This document shows, one piece after another, positions 63,344-64,000 of a stretch of DNA of 64,000 nt. The notes below the pieces were generated by a model that saw nothing but the letters and a program-made list of their open reading frames with translations, had not been told where the DNA came from and searched no databases. The stretch's first letter is position 1; each line of letters starts with the position of its first letter. This DNA comes from Nitrospirota bacterium (GTDB taxonomy: Bacteria; Nitrospirota; Nitrospiria; Nitrospirales; NS-4): positions 32,001 through 96,000 of the forward strand of contig CAWBGA010000013.1 in assembly GCA_963788195.1 (NCBI GenBank), read 5' to 3'. A program made the translations under genes and the position numbers.

Positions 63344-64000
63344 ATGCACCGGCGTTCACTCGTTGCTCAATACCTCTCAATGCTGAGCTCCGAGCGAGGG
63401 TTCTCAGTCAACACCCTTGACGCCTATCGCCAGGATCTCGAGAAGCTGGTAAGTTTTTTGCGCCAACAAGACCGCGGGGATCCTGACGGGCTTCGGCGTC
63501 GTGACGTGCCGGCGCTGTTGGCATATCTGCACAGCCACCGCCTGAGTCCTGCCTCGGTCGCGAGACATCTAGCCGCCTGGCGAGGGTTTTACCGCTTTCT
63601 GCTCAGTGAGGGACATATCCAGGAGAACCCCTTCCTGAATGTGGCGACACCCAAGCCTACCGCGCGGCTTCCAAAGCCCTTGGCTTTTGAACAGGTCGAG
63701 CGGCTCTTGGAGGCTCCCGGACAGGAGTTCAAAAGCGGGCGCCGGCAGCCTGACGTGTTGCGCGACGACGCCATGCTCGAGGTTCTCTATGCCACGGGTC
63801 TTCGCGCTACAGAATTGCTGACGTTGGAGCTGAACTCCGTCAATCTCGCGGTAGGTTTCCTGCGGGCCTTCGGCAAGGGCGCAAAGCAGCGCATCGTCCC
63901 TCTCGGCGACACAGCGGTGCTAAAACTTCGCCGGTATCTGGAGAAAGCGCGCCCCGTGCTCCTCAAGACCCGGACATCCGATCGTCTCTTTATCACGCGC
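63344..64000 (+). CDS. xerD: Tyrosine recombinase XerD (runs off the window)
   Basis: ERGFSVNTLDAYRQDL; LPKPL; RDDAMLEVLYATGLRATEL; GKGAKQRIVP; GAGGAGG RBS. Confidence 0.9.
   Translation, partial: MHRRSLVAQYLSMLSSERGFSVNTLDAYRQDLEKLVSFLRQQDRGDPDGLRRRDVPALLAYLHSHRLSPASVARHLAAWRGFYRFLLSEGHIQENPFLNVATPKPTARLPKPLAFEQVERLLEAPGQEFKSGRRQPDVLRDDAMLEVLYATGLRATELLTLELNSVNLAVGFLRAFGKGAKQRIVPLGDTAVLKLRRYLEKARPVLLKTRTSDRLFITR

Noticed and set aside
63344..64000. Prophage integrase
   Set aside because: Motifs fit chromosomal XerD and no phage genes are adjacent

Overview
Bacterial chromosome segment, roughly 58-60% GC by eye. Gene content and order suggest a Nitrospirota-like organism (inference). The core is housekeeping: cinA-thpR-recA-recX-alaS-mltG-mtnA-ndk, gcvH-lpdA-comEA-tyrS, rpmB, recG, hpnR, a peroxiredoxin, a DUF748 protein, a GH63 glucosidase and xerD. 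Accessory patches carry stress genes (Hsp20, hemerythrin, catalase, Ku), small proteins and LuxR-type regulators. Many genes, including essential ones, have single-base frameshifts that are most likely sequencing or assembly errors. Main observations: (1) a 3.3-kb decayed island at tRNA-Met(CAT) with a duplicated tRNA 3' half, an integrase remnant and a catalase with a signal-peptide-like leader; (2) a degenerate tRNA-Gly copy that, with the intact gene, brackets a PEP-CTERM gene; (3) a modular dispersed repeat family of about 7 copies, one inserted in frame in a secreted protein; (4) REP/REPIN-like doublets; (5) a 423-aa protein that looks like a sigma-4 HTH split by a long helical insert and fused to an anti-sigma-like zinc motif; (6) a shared ~45-bp intergenic motif near LuxR/NarL-type genes; (7) several short ORFs with good RBSs that the ORF track misses. 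No CRISPR array, rRNA, intact transposase or reverse transcriptase was seen. All family assignments are from motif recognition, not database searches.
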